64,000 nt of DNA, taken from the NCBI GenBank assembly GCA_039621445.1, contig CP154954.1, positions 37,557,703 to 37,621,702 on the forward strand. Direction: 5' to 3'. This DNA comes from Euglena gracilis (taxonomy: Eukaryota). The notes below the pieces were generated by a model that saw only the letters and a program-made list of their open reading frames with translations, searched no databases and was not told the DNA's origin. Both the position numbers and the translations under genes were made by a program. Shown here piece by piece: positions 12,601-24,572 of this stretch (the stretch's first letter is position 1; every line of letters starts with the position of its first letter).

Positions 12601-15600
12601 TTGTTCCTTTGTTTTTTCTTATTCTTTTTTTATTTGTTTGCTCTCTTTTCTTTTTGTTTTTGATGGGGAACCCCTGCTGTCCCCCGAGTTGTTGGCAATA
12701 CGCCCCCCAGGGATGGGAATGCCAGGCATAGTTGGCGTTTTTTTTTTAAAAAACAAAACAACACAATGTGCTTTTTTGAAAAAAGTCCCCAAAAACATCA
12801 AAAAACAAAAGGGAAATTTCATTGGAAAAACTCGTTATGAAACACCCAAACCATACTTCAAATCCCACTATGTTCAAAAACTTCCAAAAAATGGCCAAAA
12901 AACTTCCAAAGTGCAAAAAAAATTGCAATTTTATAATTTTTATTATGTTTTTGTGGAAGGAAGTTTTGGCAGAAAAAATGACTCCTCGTGGACGTTTTTT
13001 GTGCTTTTTAAAAAATGGTTAAAATAAAAAGCAACAACAAAAAGCAGTGCCCAAAAAAAATCAAGTTGCCAATATGATGCCAGGGAGACAAAACAATTTG
13101 AATGGGAAAATATTTTTCCCGCAAATTCTGGACAAAATTTTGTTCAGGATTTTCCCACCATTTCAGGAGCTATTAGTGTTTTTCCCGGCAAATTTAAGAA
13201 AATCTAATTTCGTCCATTGAACGCCCAAAAAGTTATCTGGTGCTTCGATTCTTGGAATGCATTTTTGTTCCAAAACAACTTTTAGACGGCCGTTTGTCAA
13301 TACAAAACAAAAAGCCCGTTTTTTTCAGTTTTTGCAATTTGAAATTTGGGATATAATCAATTTTTGACTGCTGGATTTGGGGAAACCTTAGGATTTTTAA
13401 TGATGACCCCAAGGACCCCTGACCCTCCCCAGGACCCCCCAGTCCCAGTCAGAGTCCCCCCCCCCCCCCAGGTGGCTGGGAGGGGCACAATATTTGATTG
13501 TATTGTACACCAAACGGACGAATTTTTTGCATTTCACACTGTCTATTTTTGCACTTCGGTCCTTTTTTTGCACTTTATCTCAAAAATGTTTGCAAATGTC
13601 ACCAATTTGTTTGCACTTTACCTCAAAAATGTTTGCACCTTTTCGGTTCGGGTGTTTTGCACAGTTGCCCCTTTTTGAACTTCAATGGGCGTGGATCTTT
13701 TTCAATTGTGCAGTGTAAGGCTTTTTATTGGGTAAAAATAACACGGCGGAGTGCAAATTTTGGCGATTTGGCTAACTAACTGTTGACAGATGTAGTTATG
13801 ATGGACGATCGGAAGGCTGCAGAAGTGAATTCATCCCTGAAATCCTGCAAATGCCTGTTTTTTTTTGTGGCAGAACATGTTATAGAGTCACTTTGTAGAA
13901 CCAGTTTGGAATATTGCTTGCAGATATTTTGAAAATTGACATTTTTTTGGCCGAAATGGCAGGGTCCAGGGGGGGGGCTTATCCAGGGGGGCGGGCCGAT
14001 CCTACCCAGTTTAGACCCCTTCGCGCGTGAATAACTCGGGCCTGGCGGGGAGTTGGGGGTCAAACCCAGGTGATTCGGAAACTAGAAATCCAGTCGCTCG
14101 CGACTGAAAAAAAATTCCGGGAACCGGGCCGGGATCATGGTGATAATCCGCCGGTTCCCAAGGTGACCCCGACCCGGGGGGGGCCGGGGGGGGGGGTCGA
14201 GGGGGGGTTTCGCCAGGGGTAAGCTTCGTTCTTACCCATAAAGGGATGAGAGCTCAGCGACCCCCCCCCCTCCCACCTTACCACCCAGGGGGGGTCGGCC
14301 ACCTACCTCACTACCGAAGGGCTTCCCATCCAACCCTTGAGGGAAATGTGTTTTTTGGCTGGTTTTGTGCCAAAATGGGCACTTCAGGCAAATGGATACA
14401 AAAAATTCGACTGCCAGCACACCCCTCCGTCCTGAGTCCTGTGTTTAAAACGCAGGACTCAGGACGGAGTACACGTCTAAGTAGCAGCTTTTGCCACAGA
14501 AGATGTCCTCCAGTTTATCCTCGGTCAGACGGCGATAACACCCTCTTGGTCGATGGGCTGCATGTGCAGCATTCAACCCGAACCCGGCACAGCTGGAGTT
14601 TTATGTTTTGAGAAAAACATATGCTTTTTTTAAAAAAACTTTTTGAAAACTTTTTTGGCTTTGTTTTGAACGAGCTGCCAGTTATGCTGGCGTTTGGATG
14701 GACAGGCATTCCAAAAAAACACACTGCAGGCAAAGGGTAACAAAAAATTGGCAAGTCCCAAAAACTTGCAAAAAAGTTCCAACAGTGCCAGACCATGGAG
14801 TCCCAAACCTCTTGACAAAATACTCTTTTATTTTAAAAAAGGTTCCAAAAACTTTGGCAAAGTCCAAAAATTATGGCAAAAGGTGCACAAATATCCTTGA
14901 TGGGGACCAGACCTCATTTTCTGTGCAGCATCGTGCACCTCAGCCATTTCGGAATCTGTCAGAATGCGCCTGCGGCCACTTTTTTCATGCTCGTATATGA
15001 ACCATTTTCCTTCCAAAATTTCAACCAGCAATGAACTGTACTCCTTGCCTTGGAAGATGCAACCTCACACAGCACAACACGTGGGACGGCATGTGAATTC
15101 ATGGCTAAAGAGGAGAAAAAGGAAAACTAAAATTCCTCCTTTTAATAAGGAAGAAAGAAAATTTTTTGGAACAAACCAGATTTTGCCAAAATTTATTTTT
15201 CCAAAATAAAAATTTTGCCAAAATTTTTTTCTCGTATTTTTTGCCGCAAATTTTGTCTTCCGTAATCATTAGCCACACTGTAAATGTAAATTGAAATCAA
15301 CACATCAACAACAGACTGTGCATAATCAATTTACCTCCCATCGGGCAGCAAAAATCAACAAAAAATTGGGGCGAAGTGCACCACCCCCAATTGACCCCCC
15401 CACCTAATGGAGAAAATAGCCAAACGAAAATTTTTGACCTCCTAATTGAGAATGGCTGGCAGCTGGGGTGGGAGATTTTTTTTTGAACGGTCCAAAAATG
15501 GCAAAAAAAATGGCCGGAAAGGGGCAATTTTGGACGACTGCGGCAATTTTGAAAAATCACCACCGATATTTTACACCATGGTCAAATGTGTCATTTGTGT

Positions 15601-15903
15601 ATGGTTGGCCAACACCCTCTCCCAAATTGATAGCTCCCTACAACATTGTGATTGAAAGTGCTCCCCAAGCTCCTTTTTCAAGACCCCGGGGGGTCACCCG
15701 CCCACCTGCCCCCGCTCGGCGCCCCCACCCAGGGGAGGGGCAGGGACCTCCCCCAGTCGGGTCCATTGTGATTTGGTGGGGAATTTGGTGGTTTTTTGGA
15801 TTTTTGATTTTTGGAGGCTTTGGAAATGTACAATTCTTTGCAATTTTTGCTTTTGCAATTTTTTTTGGATTCCAAGCGTTTGCTCATTATCCAAGTGTTA
15901 TTT

Positions 15904-16130
15904 AAAACCCCCCCCAAATAACACCCCCCCCAAATAACCCCCCCCCCCAAATAACAACCCGCCCCTCTGGGCCGATATTCGAGCCGCGCCAAATAACACA
16001 CCCCCCTGTTTTCCTTTGGTTTTACAAGTAAAAATAACCCCCCCCCCAAATAACACCCCCCCCCCTGGGACCCCAGTTCTGGTGCCCAAATAACACACCG
16101 GGGGGGGGTGTCTTATTTGGGGGGGGTTTA
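15904..16130. mobile_element. MITE family with AAACCCCCCCCAAATAA / TTATTTGGGGGGGGTTT ends (related copy ~56917-57116, inverted)
   Basis: Terminal inverted repeats, internal AAATAACACCCC repeats and a shared internal segment (CCTGTTTTCCTTTGGTTTT) between copies. Confidence 0.6.
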
Positions 16131-17914
16131 CCTTGTTTTTCTATTACAGTGGCTCACTGTTCAATTGATTTTCTGAATCATCCAATTTCTGGCCAATTAT
16201 CCCAATCCTGGCAACCTCAAAAAACAGCTGATTAATTCCCCTTCCCAGTACCCCTGAAGAGCCAGCGCACAAGAAGGCAACAGAGTTGAAAATGCAGGCC
16301 CCATTGCGCCAAATGAGCTCAACTCGGTGAAAACAAATGGGCAAAGAAAGTTTGATCCAGCCTGTGGGGCCAATATCTTGGGTTTTTGGGGACAGGTTTT
16401 GGGTAAACCCTCCCCCCAAATAATACCCCCCCAAATAATACCCCCCCAAATTCCCCCCCCCCCCCCTCGGGGTCCAACTTTGGTGACTGGGTTAATACCC
16501 CCCCGCCCCCCGGATTTCGGGCCGAAGGCCCGGATTTTGACCTGAAAATGTAAGTAAAAATCACAATCTGACAACAAATCTCAGAAAAAAATCGATTTTT
16601 CTGGGTCTAAATAAATTTCAGAAGAAAGTTCAAAAAATGAAGTTTCAAAAGGTTTTGGCGCTATTTTGAATCCTATGGGACTTCGAAAAATTTCGAAAAT
16701 TTTGGGGTGCTATTACCCCCCCCCTTGGGCCGGGATTTGGGGCAAAAAAAATATTACCGGGGGGGGGGCTTACAAAGGGCCAATATTTTGCTCATATTGC
16801 AAACATTGCAAGGCGGTGCAATATCTCACCAAATATGACCCCCCTTCCCAGACGCAAGATCAATGCCCCCACAATCACCAACCTTGCCGCCACCTGCCTC
16901 TGAAGCAAATTACATCCTTGAGAAATTTAATTAGGAACCAGGTAGCAAAATAACCTGCCCCCCCAGATAGACCCAAGCAAAGGTCCCAGGGGGTTCTTAG
17001 GGGGGTCTTGTATTGGAGGGGCATGGCGGAGGGGGTGTTCCCCCCGTGACCCCCCCGTGACCCCCCCCCGTGACCCCCCCGTGCCCCCCCCCCCCCCGTG
17101 ACCCCCCCGTGACCCGAACAAGGACCCTTTTCCGCGAAATTTTGTGGGGAAATTTTTTGGCCGGTGATGCCTAATTTGATAAATTTGTCAGGCAGATTCC
17201 TAATTTTGAGGTGCAAAATTTTCAATTTTGGGCTTGGTGATTCCTAATTTGGTGTCAAAATCCTAATTTCAGGTGTGGGTATTCCTAATTTGTGGAATTT
17301 TTCCCCAAAAATTCCGGCTCGGTGATTCCTAATTTTGCCACCAAAAATGTGGTGTTCCCCCCGTGACCCCCCCGTGACTCGAACCACCCCCGGAGGAGTG
17401 ATCCATATTGGGCGGAAAGGACATTTTTGGTGGGTTTTGGTTTTTCACCTCCAAAATTTGACTTCAAAAATGCATCTGGATTTGAGCTTTTATGCCTGTT
17501 GTTGGGGGACCCACTGGGTCCATTTGCCAGCCCACCAGACCCCGAACAAGGAAAGAAGATTCGCATAAAATTGTGAGAAAGAGATCACATGAACATTTTT
17601 TTTTCCGGCCCAGATGGCTGTTTTGTACACTTTTCCCACTGTCTGACTTAGCCGTTTTCGGGGGGTGGGGGTCAAAAAATCAATGTTTTCAAAATTTCTC
17701 GAAAATGATGCAAAATCAAAGGAAATTTCCGGAGACCTGATTTGAAGCCCTTGGAATACCCTATCTACTGGGATTTTGGTTTCCCTGCAACTCCCCGCCT
17801 AGCCCGAGATACGTTTACGAGAGCGAGAACGAGAGTTTTTTTTTTACGAGAGCGTTTTTCGGCCAATTTGGGACATTTTGTACACTTTTCCACTGTCCAA
17901 CTTAGCCGTTTTCC

Positions 17915-18540
17915 GCCAAAAAAGTCGGAAAAAAGCGAAATAAATCGAAATTTTTTTTTGCCCGAAACGATGTTTTTTTGGCCTCCCGGACCCGGACAAA
18001 CTGCTTTTGAGCCGAAAATGACCTTTTTTCGACCTGCCAGCGCCCCGTTTTGGGCCGCCAACCCATTGACTTTGGGTCAAAACCGGGTCAAAAAGTCGGA
18101 AAAAATTCGAATTTTTTTTTGCCCGAAACGATGTTTTTTGGCCTCCTGGACCCGGAAAAACTGCTTTTGAGCCGAAAATGAGCGTTTTTCGACCCGCCAG
18201 CATGGGATGCCAGCTCATTGACTTTGGGCCAAAGCCGGGTCAAAAAAGTCGGAAAAAATCGAAAAAATTTTTCCTGAAACGATGTTCTTTGGCCTCCCGG
18301 ACCCAAAAAAACTGTTCTTGGGCCGAAAATGAGCGTTTTTTTGACCCGCCAGCGCCCCCGCTTTTGGGCCTGAAACCAATGGATTTAGGGTCATTTTCGG
18401 GTCAAAAAGTCGAAAAAAAATCGAAAAACTTTTTTTTGCCCGAAACGATGTTTTTTTTGGCCTCCCAGACCCAGAAAAGGTGTTTTTTTTTAGCCAAAAA
18501 AGAGCGTTTTTCCACCCCCCGGCGCCCCGTTTCGGGCACA
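17915..18540. repeat. Degenerate tandem repeat, ~4 units of ~155-170 bp
   Basis: AAAAGTCG-AAAAA...CCCGAAACGATG...GGCCTCC...GCCGAAAATGA recurs at ~17919, 18091, 18244 and 18405. Confidence 0.7.
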
Positions 18541-18682
18541 AAACCCTTGCATTTTAGTCAAAAGAGCTCCTTGTAGTGGGCCGGTTTAAATGGGGGGTCA
18601 ATGAAGGGGTGGGTGCGCGCTTATTAAGAGCTCAGCACTATTCAGAACCTGGTCCGACCCCTCCCCTAGATGTTGGGTTCCC

Positions 18683-19484
18683 CAGGGTTCGATATAAGAA
18701 GGGCGTACATGGTTTAGGTGGGGGGGGTCCCCCCCCCCCTCCTGGCCCGCAGGGGGGTCCGGACCACCCCCCCCCACCTGCAAGGGGCGTCCGGACCGAC
18801 CCTGGGGGGGTACCCTCACCCCCCCCCCCTATTTGGCTAATGGCCGGGCTCCTTCAGACCCCCAATTAGCCAATTAGAGGGGGGACAATTAGGGGGGGGG
18901 GGGCTCGAGGACCCCGACCCCATAATTTTTGACGTGTGCAAAATTGGTCGATTTTTTGTGCATTTTTGGATTGGTTATGACTTTTTCTTATCCGGCAATT
19001 TTTAACATTTTCGAAGCGGACGTTTTTGGAGGTTTTCTGAGCCCTTGCCGAAATTGGCCAAAGTTGGCCAAGGGAACGTCCATTGGCCAATTGGGCTAAC
19101 CCCCCCCCCCCCCTAATTGGCTAATGGACCTCCCTCAAGGACCCCCAATTAGCCAATTAGGGGGGGGGGCAATTAGGGGGGGGGTGAGGGTACCCGGGCC
19201 CGGGACCCCCCCAAAAAGGGTCAATTTTTTCCTCCGGCGCTTTGCGCCGAAAATTTTTTGCATTTTTGGCCAATTTTTGCCCAAAAAGTGTCCAAAATGG
19301 CACTTTTGGTCGATTCGGGGGTCAAAAATTTTCGGCCCGGCGCTTTGCGCTGGGCCGAAAATCGGTCACCCTGACCGCGCCACTGTTTAGCTGGGGGGGT
19401 GTCCCCCCCACCCCCCCCCCATCCTTGCCCGCAGGGGGGGGGTCCGGACCACCCCCCCCCCTCCTCTCCTTATATCGAACCCTG
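18683..19484. mobile_element. hAT-like MITE (CAGGGTTCGATATAAG TIRs) with a nested ~330-bp insertion
   Basis: Same TIRs and body as 34630-35036. Extra AATTAGCCAATTAG-rich segment at ~18820-19190. No TSD retained. Confidence 0.7.
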
Positions 19485-20728
19485 CCGCACCCCCCGCCCC
19501 CCTCCTTGACAGGTGCCAAAAATAACAGAAAATTTTCTTCCGGCGCACAGCGCCGGAAAATGAGCACAAACACCCTTTTTGCTGACTTTTGGCCATATTG
19601 CCCATTTTTTTGATGTGTTGGTGTTTTCCCCCAAAAACATGTTCAAAAAATTTCAAATAATGAGCATTTTTTGGATCGATTTTCGAAGAAAAATCAGGGA
19701 TTTTTGACCGATTTCGACCCGATTTCCGGCCCTTTGCCCGTCCATGAAATCGAAAAATTTTCGGCCCCCGCTCAGTTTCGAGGCAGGAGGGGGGGGTCCG
19801 ACCCACCCGCCCCCCTCCGTGTCGGAAGGGGGGTTCCGACCCCTCAAAGCTTCCCATTCATCCCTGCTCACCCCCCAATTGGCTACTTGTCCAGGGAAAC
19901 CCAGGGAAGCGGAGACTTTGCGGGGGTCAAATTTGCTTTCGGCGCCTTCGGCGTCAAAGGCAAATGGCCACTTTCCTTGAGGAGGCAAATTTGGCAAAAC
20001 GCTTTGGTCACTTCGGGGGGACACTGCGAGGGGTGAAGCATTTCCACTGGGTATGATCTGATTTACATCAGCTGTGTTGCTCTGAAGAGCCGTGGGGTTG
20101 CAGTGGTATGTTCAGAGAGTGATTTGTTGGATTTAGAAAGCATTTGCAAAAAATCACAAATTTTTTTTACTGCCAAGTACCAAAGTCTCTGCAACAGAAT
20201 CCCAAAAATTTGACAGCAGTCTCAAAAATTTTGGCGAAAGGTCCCAGGCGTTTTGGCAAAGGAGCCCAAAATTATGGCAAAGGTGGTCAACAATTTTAGT
20301 GGGACGTTCCAAAATTGTGAGCGTTAGGTGTAAATGAGTGTCGAGGCGAGGAAATGAAAGTCGTCAGAGCACATTTTTGCTTCATGTGGGGCTAACGTCT
20401 TGGGTAAGGAGTGCCAATATTCATGGCACTTGGGGTCAATATTTTGTGTACCAGGGGCCTGGGATTTGGGGACTTGGGGCCAAATTTCAAGGACGAGGTG
20501 CCAACATTTCCAGGAATGGCTGTAAATGAAGCTCTGGAACGTCCTGCCTTTTCCCCTGATTCCACAGCCATTTTGGGAACAGGAATAATTTGGGGGAGCA
20601 CGGACCGATTCATCAGTTGAACGCGATGAACTGCAGTCGGTTTGAACCAAAGTTCAAGAACAGGAAGAATGCCTCCGAATTGACACCATTTTGTACAGTC
20701 ATTTTTACCAGTCTGGTTCTATTCACAG

Positions 20729-20835
20729 ATTTACAAACTGCATTCTTGGGAGTGGATACCAACAGGAACGGGTGGATCTGCCGGGATGAGTTTGGTGCTA
20801 TTTTCAAAGCTCTCAATTTCCCAATTGCGCAAGAG
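20729..20835 (+). CDS. Multi-EF-hand protein exon (EF-hand 1, repeat A)
   Basis: CAG|...GAG|GT, 107 nt; DLQTAFLGVDTNRNGWICRDEFGAIFKALNFPIAQE has a canonical EF loop. Confidence 0.85.
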
Positions 20836-22091
20836 GTGGGCTGCATTTGCTTTTGTTTGTGTTCATGACTGCCATTTCCCCTTCCCCCTTCAAGTGCATT
20901 ATTTATTATCAAGCATTATTTTGGGTTTCAGGCGGAGGCTCCGCGGAGGCTGGGCACCTGCGGAGGCAACCAGTTTTGTATGCGGGCCACATCTGGAAAA
21001 AAATAAATAATGTTTTATGGGTTGACCACAACCTCCCCCCCCCACAGGCCCCCCCCCCCACCCCCCTCCCCTCTCCCCCCCTACAGCCCAACCCCCCTGC
21101 CCCTCCCCCCCTCCCCCGCTCCCCAATGACAGAATCTTTTTGTGTGGACAAAGTTTGATGGACATGACGTAAATGGCAAACTGGTAAACGGTAAAAGCAA
21201 ATTCAGGTGGACAGGCTGTTTTTGTGGCAAACGGATAAATGGTTTTCAACAAGTTTGGCGGGCATGGCGTTAATAGCAAAGGGGTGAACAGTCTGCTCCA
21301 CATCAGGCGGACATGGCGCTTTTGTGACAAATGGCAAATGGCGTTTTTATGCAAGCATGTGAGATGGAAAAAAAATGTTTTGTTTTTTTGTGGGGATGTG
21401 GGCGGTGGCGGGGTGAAAACAAAATTTGAATTTTTTTAGGGGATACAAGGGCAAAAAAATGGAACGGTGGGGTAGGGGGTGGGGCAGAAACCCCCCAAAT
21501 GTTTTTTGTTTAATTGCTTTTCTTGCGGAGAGTTGGGGGTGCAAAGATTAAAAATACAATTCCTCTCTTTCTGGGCGTTAGTGTGGGGGCCGTGGGGAGG
21601 GTGTGCCCCCCCCCCCAGGCATTTCACGTGACAAATCCGCGTTCAGTTCTTGGTTCACACCATGCTCTGGCAAAATTGGTTGGGAGCAGACAATTGCTTA
21701 AGCACTGTCCCACCCCCCCCCCCCCCGGGGGGTGGTGACTGGTTTTTTCAAAGTGACTGACTGGTTTTTGGGCCCGGGCCCCCCCCCCCCCCCCCCGGGG
21801 GGGGGTCGGCCAGGAGTGGGCAAAAGTGGCTTGAGTGACCCCGGCGCCGAAGGCGCCGGAAAATTTTTTTGGGCCTAAAATGGCCTAAAGTGACTGGAAA
21901 GTGGCCGTTTTTCTGAGTGGCCGCCCCCCCCCCCCCCCGGTAGTGACTGGCTGGTTTTTTGAAAATGAGTGACTGACTGGTTTTTAAAAAAGTGGAGTGA
22001 CCCCCCTCCCCCCCCAGACAATTTAGCAACCCTAATGGATTTTAGAATCCATTTTGTAATTTCTGTTCTTTTTTTCCATTTGAAACCATGT

Positions 22092-22410
22092 AACCCCCCC
22101 CCCCCAATAAGTGCGCAGTGCCCTAATAAGTGCGCAACTATCTCAGGTCGAAAAGCACACACAATTCTCAAAACTGTCTTTTTCAGACCCAATATTTCTA
22201 TCGTCCAAGCCCAAATTTGACACATTTGACACATAATCACTTGACACATAACTTGAAATCACAAAACAGGGAGAAAATTGAAAAAGAGTGGGGGTAACGT
22301 TTTTGGCTTTGCCCTAAAACGTGCGCAATGCCCTAATAAGTGCGCAGCCCTTGGGGTCCGAAACTACGTCCTTAAAATGCGCGCACCCGTGCACTTATAA
22401 GGGGGGGTTT
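22092..22410. mobile_element. MITE family with AATAAGTGCGCA subterminal repeats (copies ~29995-30285 inverted, ~49033-49440)
   Basis: Shared GAAAGCACACACAATTCTCA, CCCAAATTTGACACA and GGGTCCGAAA blocks, with C-rich/G-rich inverted ends. Confidence 0.65.
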
Positions 22411-24414
22411 ATGTGCAAAAGAGGTTGCCCCCAAATCACCCCCCCCTCCAAATAGTGAACCCCACTCAAAAATTATATATTTCCTCTGAGGCTGGAGGTT
22501 GTATATATGGCACAAACCCGGGTGAGGGTAGGGGTACATTCTCAATGAGAGAGAAGGGTTTGGGTGGGAGTTGCTGCTACCCACCCAGGGCCCTCCTTTC
22601 CCTGGTGTTTAGCTTAGCTCTAAACAGCTTACTCTAAAAAGATAAGAAAGATAAGAAAAGAAAGATAAGATAAGAGCTCAGCAACCGCCCCCCCCCCCCC
22701 ATATGACCGCCCCCCCCAAAAAAAAGACAGAAGCTCTTTTGACCCAGCCCAAAAAAAATCGCCAAAAGTGGCCTTTTTTCAAAAAAAATGGCCATAATTT
22801 CCCGCTTTTTGTTCAATGGGGCTTAACCTAGCACAAACAGCCACACCATTCGAAAAATCTCCCACCCAGGCTTCTTCACCAACCCCAGAGGGTGCCTTAT
22901 GCTATGGGGTGCCTGCCCATAGCAGGCACCCCCACGAGGGGTTTCGCCCCCCGTTGCCTGCCAACTCAGCCATTTTCCCCTTGAAAATGGCTACTTTCGG
23001 GCCCCCAGCACCTTAGAGTGGGGGGATGCATTGAGTGGGGGGTGGTGCGAGTGGGGGGATGCGTTGTTGAGGGGTGGCAGGGGGGAACACAACATGGACC
23101 CTCAAAAGGCGACGCAGAAAAATGCAAACAAATGCAAAAAAAGCACACAAAACAATCAAAAAAACTCAAGTTTGCATGTAAAAATCCTTTAGGAGCTCCC
23201 CCAGGATGTGCATTTTCTGCTGGAGAGGATTTGGAAAGGTTTTTGGCTCCGCCGGCCTGGAAAAAATAATTTTGACATAAAAAATCAGTATTCTGTTGCA
23301 AAAAATGCAAAAAAATAACAAAAAATGCACAGATTTTTGGTCTCGGGGGAAAATCTGGACCAAAAGAATTTCTCACAATAAAAAAATTTCCACCAAAAAC
23401 CAAAAATCTCCAGAAAAAAAGCACAAACAAAGACAAAAAAAATGCAAAGAAACGCAAATTTTGCCAAAATCAGAAACACAAAAAAACCCCGCAAAAAATG
23501 CATTTGTGTTCCGCCCCTGTGTGTCGGGGTGGGGGGCTGGGGGGTTGGGGTACGTAGGGTCATGTGGGGTGCTGTGGGGGGGCTCCACTTTACACCACCT
23601 CGTTTTGGGGCGTAATATCTCAGGCTGAGGCGGGGAGTTGCCGGGAAATCGAAACATCATTTGATTGGGCGTTTTAAGGGCTTCAATCCAGGTCTCCAAA
23701 CATTTTCCTTGATTTTGCTGCATTTTCGAGACATTTGGCATTTCGCGAAATTTTGGCCCCAAAAAACGGCCAAAATTGGCCGAGAACGTGGCCGTTTCTT
23801 TGGCCAGAAGGGGAGAAAAAAGTGAACCGACGGGCATATTAAGCTTTCCTTAAAATTTATTTTAGGTCGCCTGACATGTATGTCTTTACATTCCACAATT
23901 TCTGAGAAATTTGGGGAAATCGACTTTTTTACCCCAAAAAAAAAAAAGCCAAAACGGCAGGGCCAGAAGCCTGCAGCGCTTTTTTGGGTTGGGCGGAAAG
24001 TTGAATCAAATTTGGCATGGCGAAACTTTTCATTTTTGCTGTTTTTTTTGGCTTTCGTGGTTTTTATTTAATGGAAAAAATGCGAGTTATTGTCCAAAAT
24101 ATACACCATGTTGATTGATGTGTAGTGTTCCAGAATGAAGAAAAAAAACTCCCCAGAGGAGAAAGCCTAAAAATGTGCATCCTGGGGGAACTCCTGAAGC
24201 AATTTACATGCAAATTGTGTTTTTTGTGTTTTTGTGTTGTTTACATGTGTTTTTTTGAGAGTCCTGTTGCGTCTTTCCCCCCTGGGGGTGGGTCCAAACC
24301 TCCTCCCAAATCCATGGGGGGATGGTCTTGATCAGGGATCAAGACCAAGGCCGGGGTGGAGACCCGCCTCTGGTTTTTAGAACAGTGGAGGATTTACAAG
24401 GGAACGGAAAAGTT

Positions 24415-24572
24415 GACTCTAACTCCAACCCTGACCCCAAACACTGACCCTGACCCTGACCCTAACATTCACCCCAGCCCTGATTTTGACCTTAGCCCTA
24501 ACTCTTACGCTAACATTGATCCTAACCATTACCCTACCCCTGATCCTGACCTGACCCTAAATTTGACCCTAA
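24415..24572 (+). repeat. Degenerate interstitial telomere-like (CCCTAA/CCCTGA)n tract
   Basis: Hexamer-phased CCCTGA/CCCTAA/CCTAAC run of ~26 units. Confidence 0.6.

Noticed and set aside
13789-14600. Candidate small exons near 13789 and 14490 (also 20073, 26240, 32352 and 52182-52225)
   Set aside because: Plausible single splice sites, but I could not establish both boundaries, phase continuity or homology.
10400-20000. Numerous 60-150 aa ORFs rich in F/K/G/P
   Set aside because: Translations of homopolymer-rich MITE sequence, not genes.
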